A stretch of 11,425 nucleotides of DNA from a virus (IMGVR_UViG_2695420523_000016); one strand, 5' to 3'. Numbered from the stretch's first letter, positions 1-9,205 are shown. Notes: a model not told the origin generated them from the letters alone. Translations and numbers: made by a program.

Positions 1-71
1 GTGCTTTTGCCGTTACGCACCACCCCGTCAGTAGCTGAACAGGAGGGACAGCTGATAGAAACAGAAGCCAC
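1..71 (-). CDS. insA: IS1 InsA, N-terminal fragment (GTG start at 69-71 on the minus strand; gene continues beyond the window)
   Basis: Hand translation of the reverse complement of 1-71 gives (M)ASVSISCPSCSATDGVVRNGKS, matching the InsA N-terminus from memory. Confidence 0.75.
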   Translation of the reverse strand, partial: MASVSISCPSCSATDGVVRNGKS

Positions 72-126
72 TGGAGCACCTCAAAAACACCATCATACAC
101 TAAATCAGTAAGTTGGCAGCATCACC
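1..126 (-). mobile_element. IS1: IS1 insertion sequence, partial: terminal 126 bp ending in the left inverted repeat (IRL at 104-126); the element body lies beyond the window start
   Basis: Window 1-126 is the reverse complement of the IS1 left end as I recall it; 104-126 atcagtaagttggcagcatcacc is the reverse complement of IRL GGTGATGCTGCCAACTTACTGAT. The minus-strand reading of 1-71 gives the InsA N-terminus. Confidence 0.9.
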
Positions 127-727
127 TAAACCGAAGCTTAAAGAACAATTAATTCAGCTAGCAAATATACTTTCAGATGAAGACAATGAACTATCTGTAA
201 TTGACATGAATGATGATCCTGACGGTTATGGGTTTGATTGTTTGACACTTTGTTTTAGGGACCGTATGACTGGAAACATGCGTCAGGAGACTACTAAGGA
301 ATACACAAAATATAACCATCATTGGCAAAAAGGGGCAGCGTTATCAATTACCTATAGTGCAACGGGTGCAGTCCATATGATTATATTTCCTTCTACTTCT
401 GAAGACTCGCTAGCTAAACATGACTCATTGATTTTGCATCATTCATACAATGTAAAAGATATAACATCTAAAAAATTAGAGAAAGCTGTCAAAAACTTAC
501 TTCATTTCCATCGCGTGACAGGTGTTTTACATAAGGCAACGTTAATAGATGTCTTGATAGTAAAACTCTTGAGACTAAAAATGTATTTCATTCAATATGC
601 AGATAAAGAAAGTAAATTTAAAAGAGTTACTGCTCTGTATATACCCTTATTGAGTCTGCTAATATCACTATCTGCTGCTGTTGCTAGCATACTTGCATTG
701 ATAATAACTATGAAAAATGCAAGTTGA
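113..727 (+). CDS. Hypothetical protein with a C-terminal transmembrane helix; the 5' end is probably disrupted by the IS1 insertion
   Basis: 204-aa ORF in the track. The frame opens only after a TAA at 101-103 inside IS1, and the listed TTG start at 113 lies inside the IS1 IRL. The first in-frame ATG after the IS1 boundary is at 206. C-terminal hydrophobic stretch ALYIPLLSLLISLSAAVASILALII. No family recognised. Confidence 0.35.
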   Translation: MAASPKPKLKEQLIQLANILSDEDNELSVIDMNDDPDGYGFDCLTLCFRDRMTGNMRQETTKEYTKYNHHWQKGAALSITYSATGAVHMIIFPSTSEDSLAKHDSLILHHSYNVKDITSKKLEKAVKNLLHFHRVTGVLHKATLIDVLIVKLLRLKMYFIQYADKESKFKRVTALYIPLLSLLISLSAAVASILALIITMKNAS

Positions 728-800
728 GGTAACGATTACGGTATTGTACAAAAAAAGGTGGGCTTTATAATGGAAATATTCATGTATATGTGAGGCTGGT

Positions 801-1268
801 ATGAGTTTGGTGTCTTTAGCAACAAAATATAAAGATGTTTTAACTGTCGGATTTTCAATGGTATCATTTATTATTGCATGCACATCCTTGTTCTTTTCAG
901 GAAGAACTGCATGGCATGATAGAGCAAGATTAAAAATTAAAGGAAGAGTTGTATATGATGCCGTTTACAACAAAGCTTATAAAATTGAAGTTACAGTTCT
1001 CAATATTGGCAGGCGTGATGCTGTATTGGAAGGCATCCTTTGTCACTATGAGAGCGGTAAAACTAGGCATAGTTATGAAAAAGAAGGCATTGCAATTAAA
1101 GAAAAACAAAGGAAAGTATTCATTGTGGAAAATTTTGACCTGATCATTTCTGATGACGAAGGTGAGGTATATCAGCTAGAAGATATTACTATATTAGATA
1201 TTGAAGGGAAGGAGCATGAAATACCTAACTCTTATAATATAGTTTCCAAATTTATTAAAGATGTATGA
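801..1268 (+). CDS. Hypothetical membrane-anchored protein (one N-terminal TM helix plus a soluble domain of about 120 aa)
   Basis: 155-aa ORF; GAGG at 793-796 about 5 nt upstream of the ATG at 801; N-terminal hydrophobic segment VLTVGFSMVSFIIACTSLFF. No family recognised. Confidence 0.5.
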   Translation: MSLVSLATKYKDVLTVGFSMVSFIIACTSLFFSGRTAWHDRARLKIKGRVVYDAVYNKAYKIEVTVLNIGRRDAVLEGILCHYESGKTRHSYEKEGIAIKEKQRKVFIVENFDLIISDDEGEVYQLEDITILDIEGKEHEIPNSYNIVSKFIKDV

Positions 1269-1479
1269 TTCGGTAAATTGAATTCGGCTGTAAAATAGCA
1301 GTTGAACTGCTGCTTTCCCCGAGTAGTAGGAGGAATGAAAAGGGGCTTTATAAGGCACTATAGCCAAACGGAGATCGCAATTTATCGTCAAAGTACTGCT
1401 ATTCCTCAGATTCAGCCAATACGAGCAGCCAGTGAACTACGAAATCGTTTGTCACAGATACACAAATCAGGATAAAACG

Positions 1480-1540
1480 AGTTGTCACGGAGAAATATCT
1501 AATATATATAGATCTACTTGTAAATTCTTCCGTGACAACT
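1480..1540. repeat. Perfect 12-bp inverted repeat (agttgtcacgga / tccgtgacaact) around a 37-nt AT-rich spacer; operator-like
   Basis: 1480-1491 agttgtcacgga and 1529-1540 tccgtgacaact are exact reverse complements. The spacer contains tatatata and agatct. A related half-site (tttgtcacaga) sits at 1447-1457. Confidence 0.4.
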
Positions 1541-1615
1541 ATCTACTGCCTCGATCCAGTGATCATGTGCGTCAGAATGAGGACAATTAGATTCGGATAT
1601 GCTCAGATCAGATTG

Positions 1616-2326
1616 CTAAAATGTTATAAATAGTTTTCTCAAATCGCGGTCGTTTGAGAATATATAGTTCTTCGCTTCAAATAGATTATGAGCGTTTTTT
1701 ACAGTTAGAGGAATGATGCTTTTGAAGGAGCTATATGATTTTTGTCTTACATGTTCGAATTCTGACATTTTTAAGCCACGCAGGGTCATTATTATAGTTC
1801 TAATGGATTGAATTATAAGTTCTATGATATTGATTAAGCCAAAATGTATTTTATCGAACTCATGAACGGGCTTGTATCTGAATAACTTCATAGTGTTAAG
1901 GTCGTTTGCTAAAAGCTGAGTTGTGACTTCTAATTCAGTTATTGTATCAAGCAAATATGATTTCATTGATTCGAGAACCGAGTCCTTAAGATGATGGTCA
2001 TAGCCGTTGATTCTAAATTGATAATTTTTAAGTTTAAACTCCAATTCCTCTACGGTATTGAAAATTTTAGGGTAGTGTTGAGTTATTATTTGTTTTTGTA
2101 TTGTGTATGCGTCATCCCTATATTTCTCTTTTTGCCAGTTCGAATATACATAGCCAGCAAAGATGAGAGTGATGACGCTAGAGCCAGCACTTAACAAATC
2201 AGATACGCTCCCCCATTCGAAACTATCAGAACTAGAAAAGAGTACTTTAATGAAAGCTAATATCGCTACCCATAGAAGTACTATGACGGTAGCAACTAAC
2301 AATTTGTTCCATCCTTTAACTCTCAC
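1616..2326 (-). CDS. Hypothetical inner-membrane protein (two N-terminal TM helices, cytoplasmic helical domain of about 170 aa)
   Basis: 236-aa ORF with a GTG start at 2324-2326 and a weak SD. Hydrophobic segments LLVATVIVLLWVAILAFIKVLF and SSVITLIFAGYVY. No family recognised. Confidence 0.5.
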   Translation of the reverse strand: MRVKGWNKLLVATVIVLLWVAILAFIKVLFSSSDSFEWGSVSDLLSAGSSVITLIFAGYVYSNWQKEKYRDDAYTIQKQIITQHYPKIFNTVEELEFKLKNYQFRINGYDHHLKDSVLESMKSYLLDTITELEVTTQLLANDLNTMKLFRYKPVHEFDKIHFGLINIIELIIQSIRTIIMTLRGLKMSEFEHVRQKSYSSFKSIIPLTVKNAHNLFEAKNYIFSNDRDLRKLFITF

Positions 2327-2498
2327 ATTCTTAACCCGTAGCCTGGTTCATGGATGAAAAATTTTACCATTTGCAGTTATGTTTCGTAAATGATCATCGG
2401 AAAGTGATAATTTAACTTAAGTGGCAGTTGCAACGTAGTTAGGTGGAGTAGTGCTGGCTGAGATCACTATTTCTTTGAAAAAAACGGGGCAGGTTGCT

Positions 2499-2528
2499 TT
2501 GAACTGGTTAACATAGTGGGATTATAAG
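2499..2528 (+). promoter_or_regulatory. Candidate sigma70 promoter for the HNH operon (-35 ttgaac at 2499-2504, 17-18 nt spacer, -10 ttataa/tataag at 2522-2528)
   Basis: Hexamers read directly; positioned about 30 nt upstream of the SD AGGAGG at 2549-2554. A palindrome gaagta-g-tacttc at 2533-2545 overlaps the expected transcription start. Confidence 0.3.
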
Positions 2529-2558
2529 CACCGAAGTAGTACTTCAGCAGGAGGCGAT

Positions 2559-3287
2559 ATGAACAGAAAGCAATTCATCCAGTCACACGGAGCTACTTGC
2601 AGTAACTGGACGTGGAGTTGGTCATTTGTTAACCATGAAAAGAAGATGGTCATCTTTGGGTCATGGGATGTTGAGAGTGAGCATGAGCGATCTGTAATAC
2701 TCCGTGAGAAATGGGAATACAACTCAAACAACAAAAAACAACCGGGATACACCCAGGCTCTGGAACACATCAGGTTAGTCCATGAAGGCTACGAACTTTA
2801 CACCTTCAATATGGTTTTCGCAGAACATCCGGATAATCCCGAAATTGCAGTAATCAAAGATTTTGAGCGTAAATTAAACAAGCGATATCTTCGTAAAGAA
2901 GGCGTTGTTTGGTATGCAGACTTCTTACCTAATCCATTCCCCGATGAAATTCCTTCAGGAGAGAGTTTTGTTGAAGGTGCAAAGACTCAAGTAACAGTGA
3001 ACTACTACGAACGCGATCCAAAGGCCAGACAAGCCTGCATCCAGCATCACGGTACTACCTGTAAATGCTGTGGCTTCGATTTTGAGAAGGTCTATGGTAC
3101 ACATGGCCGTGGGTTCATTCATGTACATCACATCAAGCCGCTTCATACGATTGGGGAAAACTATGTAGTAAACCCCGTAACAGATATGATCCCATTATGT
3201 CCAAACTGCCATGCAATGGTACATCGTGGAAGCGGTGTACTTCCAATTGCAGACTTGAAAAAAAAAATGACATTATGGAGCGAGTAA
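2559..3287 (+). CDS. HNH-family nuclease: unassigned N-terminal domain of about 150 aa fused to a C-terminal HNH (McrA-like) motif
   Basis: 242-aa ORF with SD AGGAGG at 2549-2554. The C-terminal region CKCCGFDFEKVYGTHGRGFIHVHHIKPLHTIGENYVVNPVTDMIPLCPNCHAMVH shows the Cys pair, HVHH, and CPNCH-x3-H pattern of HNH nucleases. The N-terminal region (FIQSHGATCSNWTWSWSFVNHEKK...) matches no signature I can name. Confidence 0.85.
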   Translation: MNRKQFIQSHGATCSNWTWSWSFVNHEKKMVIFGSWDVESEHERSVILREKWEYNSNNKKQPGYTQALEHIRLVHEGYELYTFNMVFAEHPDNPEIAVIKDFERKLNKRYLRKEGVVWYADFLPNPFPDEIPSGESFVEGAKTQVTVNYYERDPKARQACIQHHGTTCKCCGFDFEKVYGTHGRGFIHVHHIKPLHTIGENYVVNPVTDMIPLCPNCHAMVHRGSGVLPIADLKKKMTLWSE

Positions 3288-4079
3288 ATGGATTTATCAC
3301 AATTGAGTAACGTCGAATTGATGCAACTGAATCAGTTGACGCTTGATGAGTTAGAACGACGAGAGGTTATCAGAACCAGAAACAATCCTATCAGTGAGTA
3401 CACTGAATGGCTGATTGCGGAAAAGATGCAAATGGTACTGGCTGCACCTAGTACTAAAGGGTATGACGCTACAACGATTGATGATCGAAAAATTCAGATT
3501 AAGTCTCGTAAGAATAATTTAAAAAACCGAACGTTAATTCTTGGAATTATCAGAAATTATGATCTGAACCAATTCGATGAACTCATTGCCGTAATATATA
3601 ACCATGATTTCTCAATTCGTTATGCTATATCCATACCACATGGATTAGTGAAGGAATATGGTTTTTATAATGAGCACCAGAATGGTTACACTCTAAGAAT
3701 CAGCAATTTATTACTTAATGATCCACGTGTAACAGATATCATTGAATTCATTGATCCAGACACTGAACGTTCAAAGGAAGAGATCACGGTGAAGCCAGAT
3801 TCAAACACTATTCGGGATGTACAGACAATAGGAATGCAGACATTTGTTGAGTACTATCAATATGTTGAAGGTGGAATGGACACAACTGATCTTGTTGAAA
3901 AGATGATAACTGACCATCCAGAGTGGAAGGAAAGTACTGCAAGAACAAAGGCATCTTCAATGCGAAGAGTATTCAAGAATGGCGACAACATTGAGGTACT
4001 AAAAATCATCTATAAGTCGAATCACCCAGCAATAACGCATGAGATTAAGAGTAAACTGATGACGCTTTGGGATAAATGA
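3288..4079 (+). CDS. Hypothetical protein, translationally coupled partner of the HNH nuclease; possible PD-(D/E)xK-like N-terminal region
   Basis: 263-aa ORF. Its ATG at 3288-3290 directly abuts the upstream TAA at 3285-3287, with GGAG about 9 nt upstream. The segment EYTEWLIAEKM...GYDATTIDDRKIQIKSR has an E...D...QxK spacing compatible with a restriction-endonuclease-like fold. No Walker A or methyltransferase motifs. Confidence 0.7.
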   Translation: MDLSQLSNVELMQLNQLTLDELERREVIRTRNNPISEYTEWLIAEKMQMVLAAPSTKGYDATTIDDRKIQIKSRKNNLKNRTLILGIIRNYDLNQFDELIAVIYNHDFSIRYAISIPHGLVKEYGFYNEHQNGYTLRISNLLLNDPRVTDIIEFIDPDTERSKEEITVKPDSNTIRDVQTIGMQTFVEYYQYVEGGMDTTDLVEKMITDHPEWKESTARTKASSMRRVFKNGDNIEVLKIIYKSNHPAITHEIKSKLMTLWDK

Positions 4080-4125
4080 ACAAAGTTTGGGTTATATTTT
4101 TGACACAAAAAGATATAATTGTAGT

Positions 4126-4175
4126 ACTTCCACCATTCGCATTTGGGTAGGTTTGTTTGGGCGATTGGTGGAAGT
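4126..4175. terminator. Imperfect 15-bp inverted repeat (14 of 15 pairing) with a 20-nt loop between convergent genes; possible terminator or protein-binding site
   Basis: 4126-4140 acttccaccattcgc pairs with 4161-4175 gcgattggtggaagt, with one mismatch. No clean T-run on the plus strand; a modest T-rich tract follows on the minus strand. Confidence 0.25.
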
Positions 4176-4178
4176 GTA

Positions 4179-4490
4179 TCAAAACGGTAATTCTCCCTGC
4201 TCACAAAACCATCCATCTTTATCATGCTGCTTATAGACTGCATTCTCACTACTCAGATATTGCAAACCTTCCAGTACTGAACATAGCTGCGTTTCCAGTA
4301 TGAACACGAAGCAAACACGCTCAATCGTGCCTAACCAGTAAGTACCTTGCTGGTGCTGGAAGAATACGCGATCCCCATATACAAACTTATCAAGGCTGTA
4401 TCCCCAATAGCAGACAGTAGCCCACTTGCCTAAATGTTCAAACTGCTGTGTACCGCTTTTGATTGCCGGATCAAAACCATTCTTGCCCAT
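4179..4490 (-). CDS. Hypothetical protein (103 aa)
   Basis: ORF in the track; GAGGG about 8 nt upstream of the ATG on the minus strand. By eye this stretch has higher GC than the flanking genes. No family recognised. Confidence 0.4.
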   Translation of the reverse strand: MGKNGFDPAIKSGTQQFEHLGKWATVCYWGYSLDKFVYGDRVFFQHQQGTYWLGTIERVCFVFILETQLCSVLEGLQYLSSENAVYKQHDKDGWFCEQGELPF

Positions 4491-4670
4491 GTTACACCCT
4501 CGCTACCGATACTGTTTATCCATACAGTTTGTCACCACATTTCGCACAGATCCAGCCATCAAGAGCACTTACCACTAAAAATGGTAGAAATTAAAATATC
4601 GATCATTTTAATTTGATCATAAGTTAAAAGTGATTAATTATCAATCAGTTATGGAAACTGAGAGAGCAAC

Positions 4671-5180
4671 ATGAAACTCGAACATTTGGCAATTCCGATC
4701 ACTTCATTGAATGGAAAATTACTCGGCGTTGAGCTGGAAACACGTGTACTTATAGATGGTTGCCGGGTGTTGGTTGGTATAGGTAAGGAAAGTGAATACA
4801 TACGTCACGTGGTCTATCAGAACCAGCTAAGAATGATTCAGGGCAAAGCCGCATGGTTTAAAGAAAAGGGGCTGTTGTGCGTGCTCAGTACTGGCAGGGG
4901 TACACGGTATGACGATCTACCATTCATACGGTACATGGCTGCTGAACCACTGCTAACCGACGGTTACGACGTAATACGACTAAATAGACGGTTCACTGAA
5001 GAACACATCGAAAGGCTGATTTTCCCGGTACTCATCAAGAACATCATGCAGTACTGCGACAAGGTGATCGTACAAGTCACTGGCAATAACAATCACAGGA
5101 TTCTACGAGAGTCGGGGATATGGGCAGTACAGGGAGAGTACAGGCCAATCCGCTTTGAACAATGCGAACAACTTCTATAG
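4671..5180 (+). CDS. Minimal or degenerate EAL-like protein (c-di-GMP phosphodiesterase-like fold, probably non-catalytic)
   Basis: 169-aa ORF with GAGAG upstream. The N-terminal PI-x-SLNGKLLGVELETR resembles the EAL-domain start motif (QPI...G.L.G.EALLR). The C-terminal VIVQVTGNNNHRILRESGIWAVQGEYRPI resembles the AEGVE...QGY motif with Glu replaced by Gln. The central DDFGTG region is absent. Confidence 0.5.
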   Translation: MKLEHLAIPITSLNGKLLGVELETRVLIDGCRVLVGIGKESEYIRHVVYQNQLRMIQGKAAWFKEKGLLCVLSTGRGTRYDDLPFIRYMAAEPLLTDGYDVIRLNRRFTEEHIERLIFPVLIKNIMQYCDKVIVQVTGNNNHRILRESGIWAVQGEYRPIRFEQCEQLL

Positions 5181-5190
5181 GGAAATAACA

Positions 5191-5514
5191 ATGAAAATAC
5201 TAATCGTCATGTTGGTAGTACTGCTCACATGCTGCGGCAGCGTACATCACTCATTCATGGATAAAGCCTTTGTAGGCACCGTAGATAACAAAGCTACAAT
5301 AGTACTGTTCGACGCTGGCACACGAAACGGGGTGAAGTACTACCGGCCTCAGTTTCATAGTGATTGTGGCCGCACCTACAATCCGATTTACCAGGTGGAC
5401 AATGGCAGTACTATGTGCTTAATACGAGATACACGTATTACTCATTTAAAATTATACAATATGTATATGGTTAAAGTTATTCCCAATGCAAACGACAGTA
5501 TCTATGAGAGGTAA
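5191..5514 (+). CDS. Putative small lipoprotein
   Basis: Signal peptide MKILIVMLVVLLTCCGS with a lipobox-like LLTC. I prefer the ATG at 5191 (AGGGA about 10 nt upstream) over the track start at 5155, which would put 12 residues ahead of the signal peptide. Confidence 0.5.
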   Translation: MKILIVMLVVLLTCCGSVHHSFMDKAFVGTVDNKATIVLFDAGTRNGVKYYRPQFHSDCGRTYNPIYQVDNGSTMCLIRDTRITHLKLYNMYMVKVIPNANDSIYER

Positions 5515-5691
5515 GGGGATAAAGACTGTGGTTGTATGTAATTAACAATCAATAAAAGAATACACTTAATCCTTCTAATATGGCTCTGACACCTGATGTA
5601 ACTTTTTAGTTGCAAAGTAAAATTTATGGTCCATAATCGATTTATATTGCTGGTTGGAGCAGGTTTAAACTAAGATAATTAATGGTGCGAA

Positions 5692-6153
5692 ATGAAAATT
5701 ACAGAAGAGTTAATTTATAAAACATTCAGTAATACCTTTGAAGGAACAATGATATTATTAAAGATTTCAATTCTTAGTACACTAATAACTTTATTCATTC
5801 TTATTAATGGTGCAGATCCTGGGGCGATAGAATCCATAAAGGTGGTCTTTGCTACACTTGCATTGTATGCGATGTCTGTAGGGATTGGCTTAGGTGCAAT
5901 GTTGCTTTCACCAATTACCTATAAAGTGGCTGATTGTTTCGAACTTAAAGCAAATAGCCCCTTATGCAAAGTGATTAGTATCGTATATGGGATGGTGTAT
6001 TTTGCTACAACATATGTAATAGCTACTTATTTGACTTATCTGATTACTGATAGTTATAGGACAGGAAAAGAATTAGTAGCTGTTTACGTAATTAGTACTG
6101 TGACAATATCTTTTATCCAAGCACGTCGTCTCTATAAACTCATTGGTCAATAA
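5692..6153 (+). CDS. Hypothetical integral membrane protein (about four TM helices)
   Basis: 153-aa ORF, AT-rich, with four hydrophobic segments (for example ILLKISILSTLITLFILI and LALYAMSVGIGLGAMLL). No family recognised. Confidence 0.5.
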   Translation: MKITEELIYKTFSNTFEGTMILLKISILSTLITLFILINGADPGAIESIKVVFATLALYAMSVGIGLGAMLLSPITYKVADCFELKANSPLCKVISIVYGMVYFATTYVIATYLTYLITDSYRTGKELVAVYVISTVTISFIQARRLYKLIGQ

Positions 6154-6182
6154 ACTGGCCGTGGTTATTGATGATTTAGTAA

Positions 6183-6202
6183 AGGCCCACAGAAGCGGGC
6201 CT
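6183..6202. terminator. GC-rich hairpin (aggccc / gggcct, 8-nt loop) between convergent genes; candidate terminator, more plausibly for the minus-strand gene
   Basis: 6183-6188 aggccc pairs with 6197-6202 gggcct. On the minus strand it is followed by a modest T-rich tract; no T-run on the plus strand. Confidence 0.3.
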
Positions 6203-6219
6203 GTTAATAATATATCAAA

Positions 6220-6579
6220 TTAAAATTCATCTAAAGTACTTCTTTTCTCGTCTATTACATTAAACTCTAAAAGTCCATCATTAACCTCAAAAGTAACGGT
6301 GGTTGAATATGAATCATCAATATCCATATCCTTACACATGTTATAAATGAAGTAGCTAATGCTATAATGCAAAACGTAGATATTTTCGTCTAAGTATTCA
6401 ATATCATCTATAATGAAATAGTCAGTAGATTGTGCTCTTGAATCAATGAAATCTAAATCAATATCCAAAATCTTTTTTAAAGTTATGTCACTATGATTTT
6501 TATCTAAGTAGTCATAGAGAATTTTTTCAGCTTCTTTCCCGTGGGTTGGAAGTGTTAAATTGAATGGATAGGTAGTCAT
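6220..6579 (-). CDS. Strongly acidic small protein (119 aa) in the moron position upstream of terS, on the opposite strand
   Basis: ORF in the track with AAGG upstream. By hand count about 26 Asp+Glu against about 9 Lys+Arg. No family recognised. Confidence 0.5.
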   Translation of the reverse strand: MTTYPFNLTLPTHGKEAEKILYDYLDKNHSDITLKKILDIDLDFIDSRAQSTDYFIIDDIEYLDENIYVLHYSISYFIYNMCKDMDIDDSYSTTVTFEVNDGLLEFNVIDEKRSTLDEF

Positions 6580-6753
6580 TACATAAACCTTTAGTCAAAT
6601 AATTAATGGTTAACTTTATAAGTACTAAAATAGCATGATGAATTAAAATATTCAATGAAAAGAGAAGGTACTCCCAACACAACTACCAATACGCGAGTTT
6701 TCGGCACCGAATGCTTTCATTCGTATGTGACATTTTAGATGTACACAAAACAT

Positions 6754-9193
<2,440 letters not shown>

Positions 9194-9205
9194 TAAGGAT
9201 ATTAA

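Noticed and set aside
668-883. Short antisense or overlapping ORFs from the six-frame track (668-883, 949-1143, 1194-1391, 1991-2194, 2163-2357, 2522-2770, 2955-3146, 4022-4249, 4434-4616, 7330-7512, 8457-8639, 8563-8760, 9831-10133, 10534-10794, 10641-10892)
   Set aside because: Each lies inside or antisense to a longer ORF with better coding support, lacks a convincing SD, and has no recognisable motifs.
2559-4079. Classical type II restriction-modification system
   Set aside because: No methyltransferase motifs (FxGxG, PC, ENV, DPPY/NPPY) in the partner or in any other ORF in the window.
2536-4130. Shared 10-mer gtagtacttc at 2536-2545 and 4121-4130, flanking the HNH operon
   Set aside because: By rough calculation, dozens of repeated 10-mer pairs are expected by chance in 11 kb; there is no extended similarity around them.
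5155-5190. Longer start (5155) for the lipoprotein ORF
   Set aside because: It would place 12 residues ahead of the signal peptide and overlap the upstream gene; the ATG at 5191 begins the signal sequence directly.
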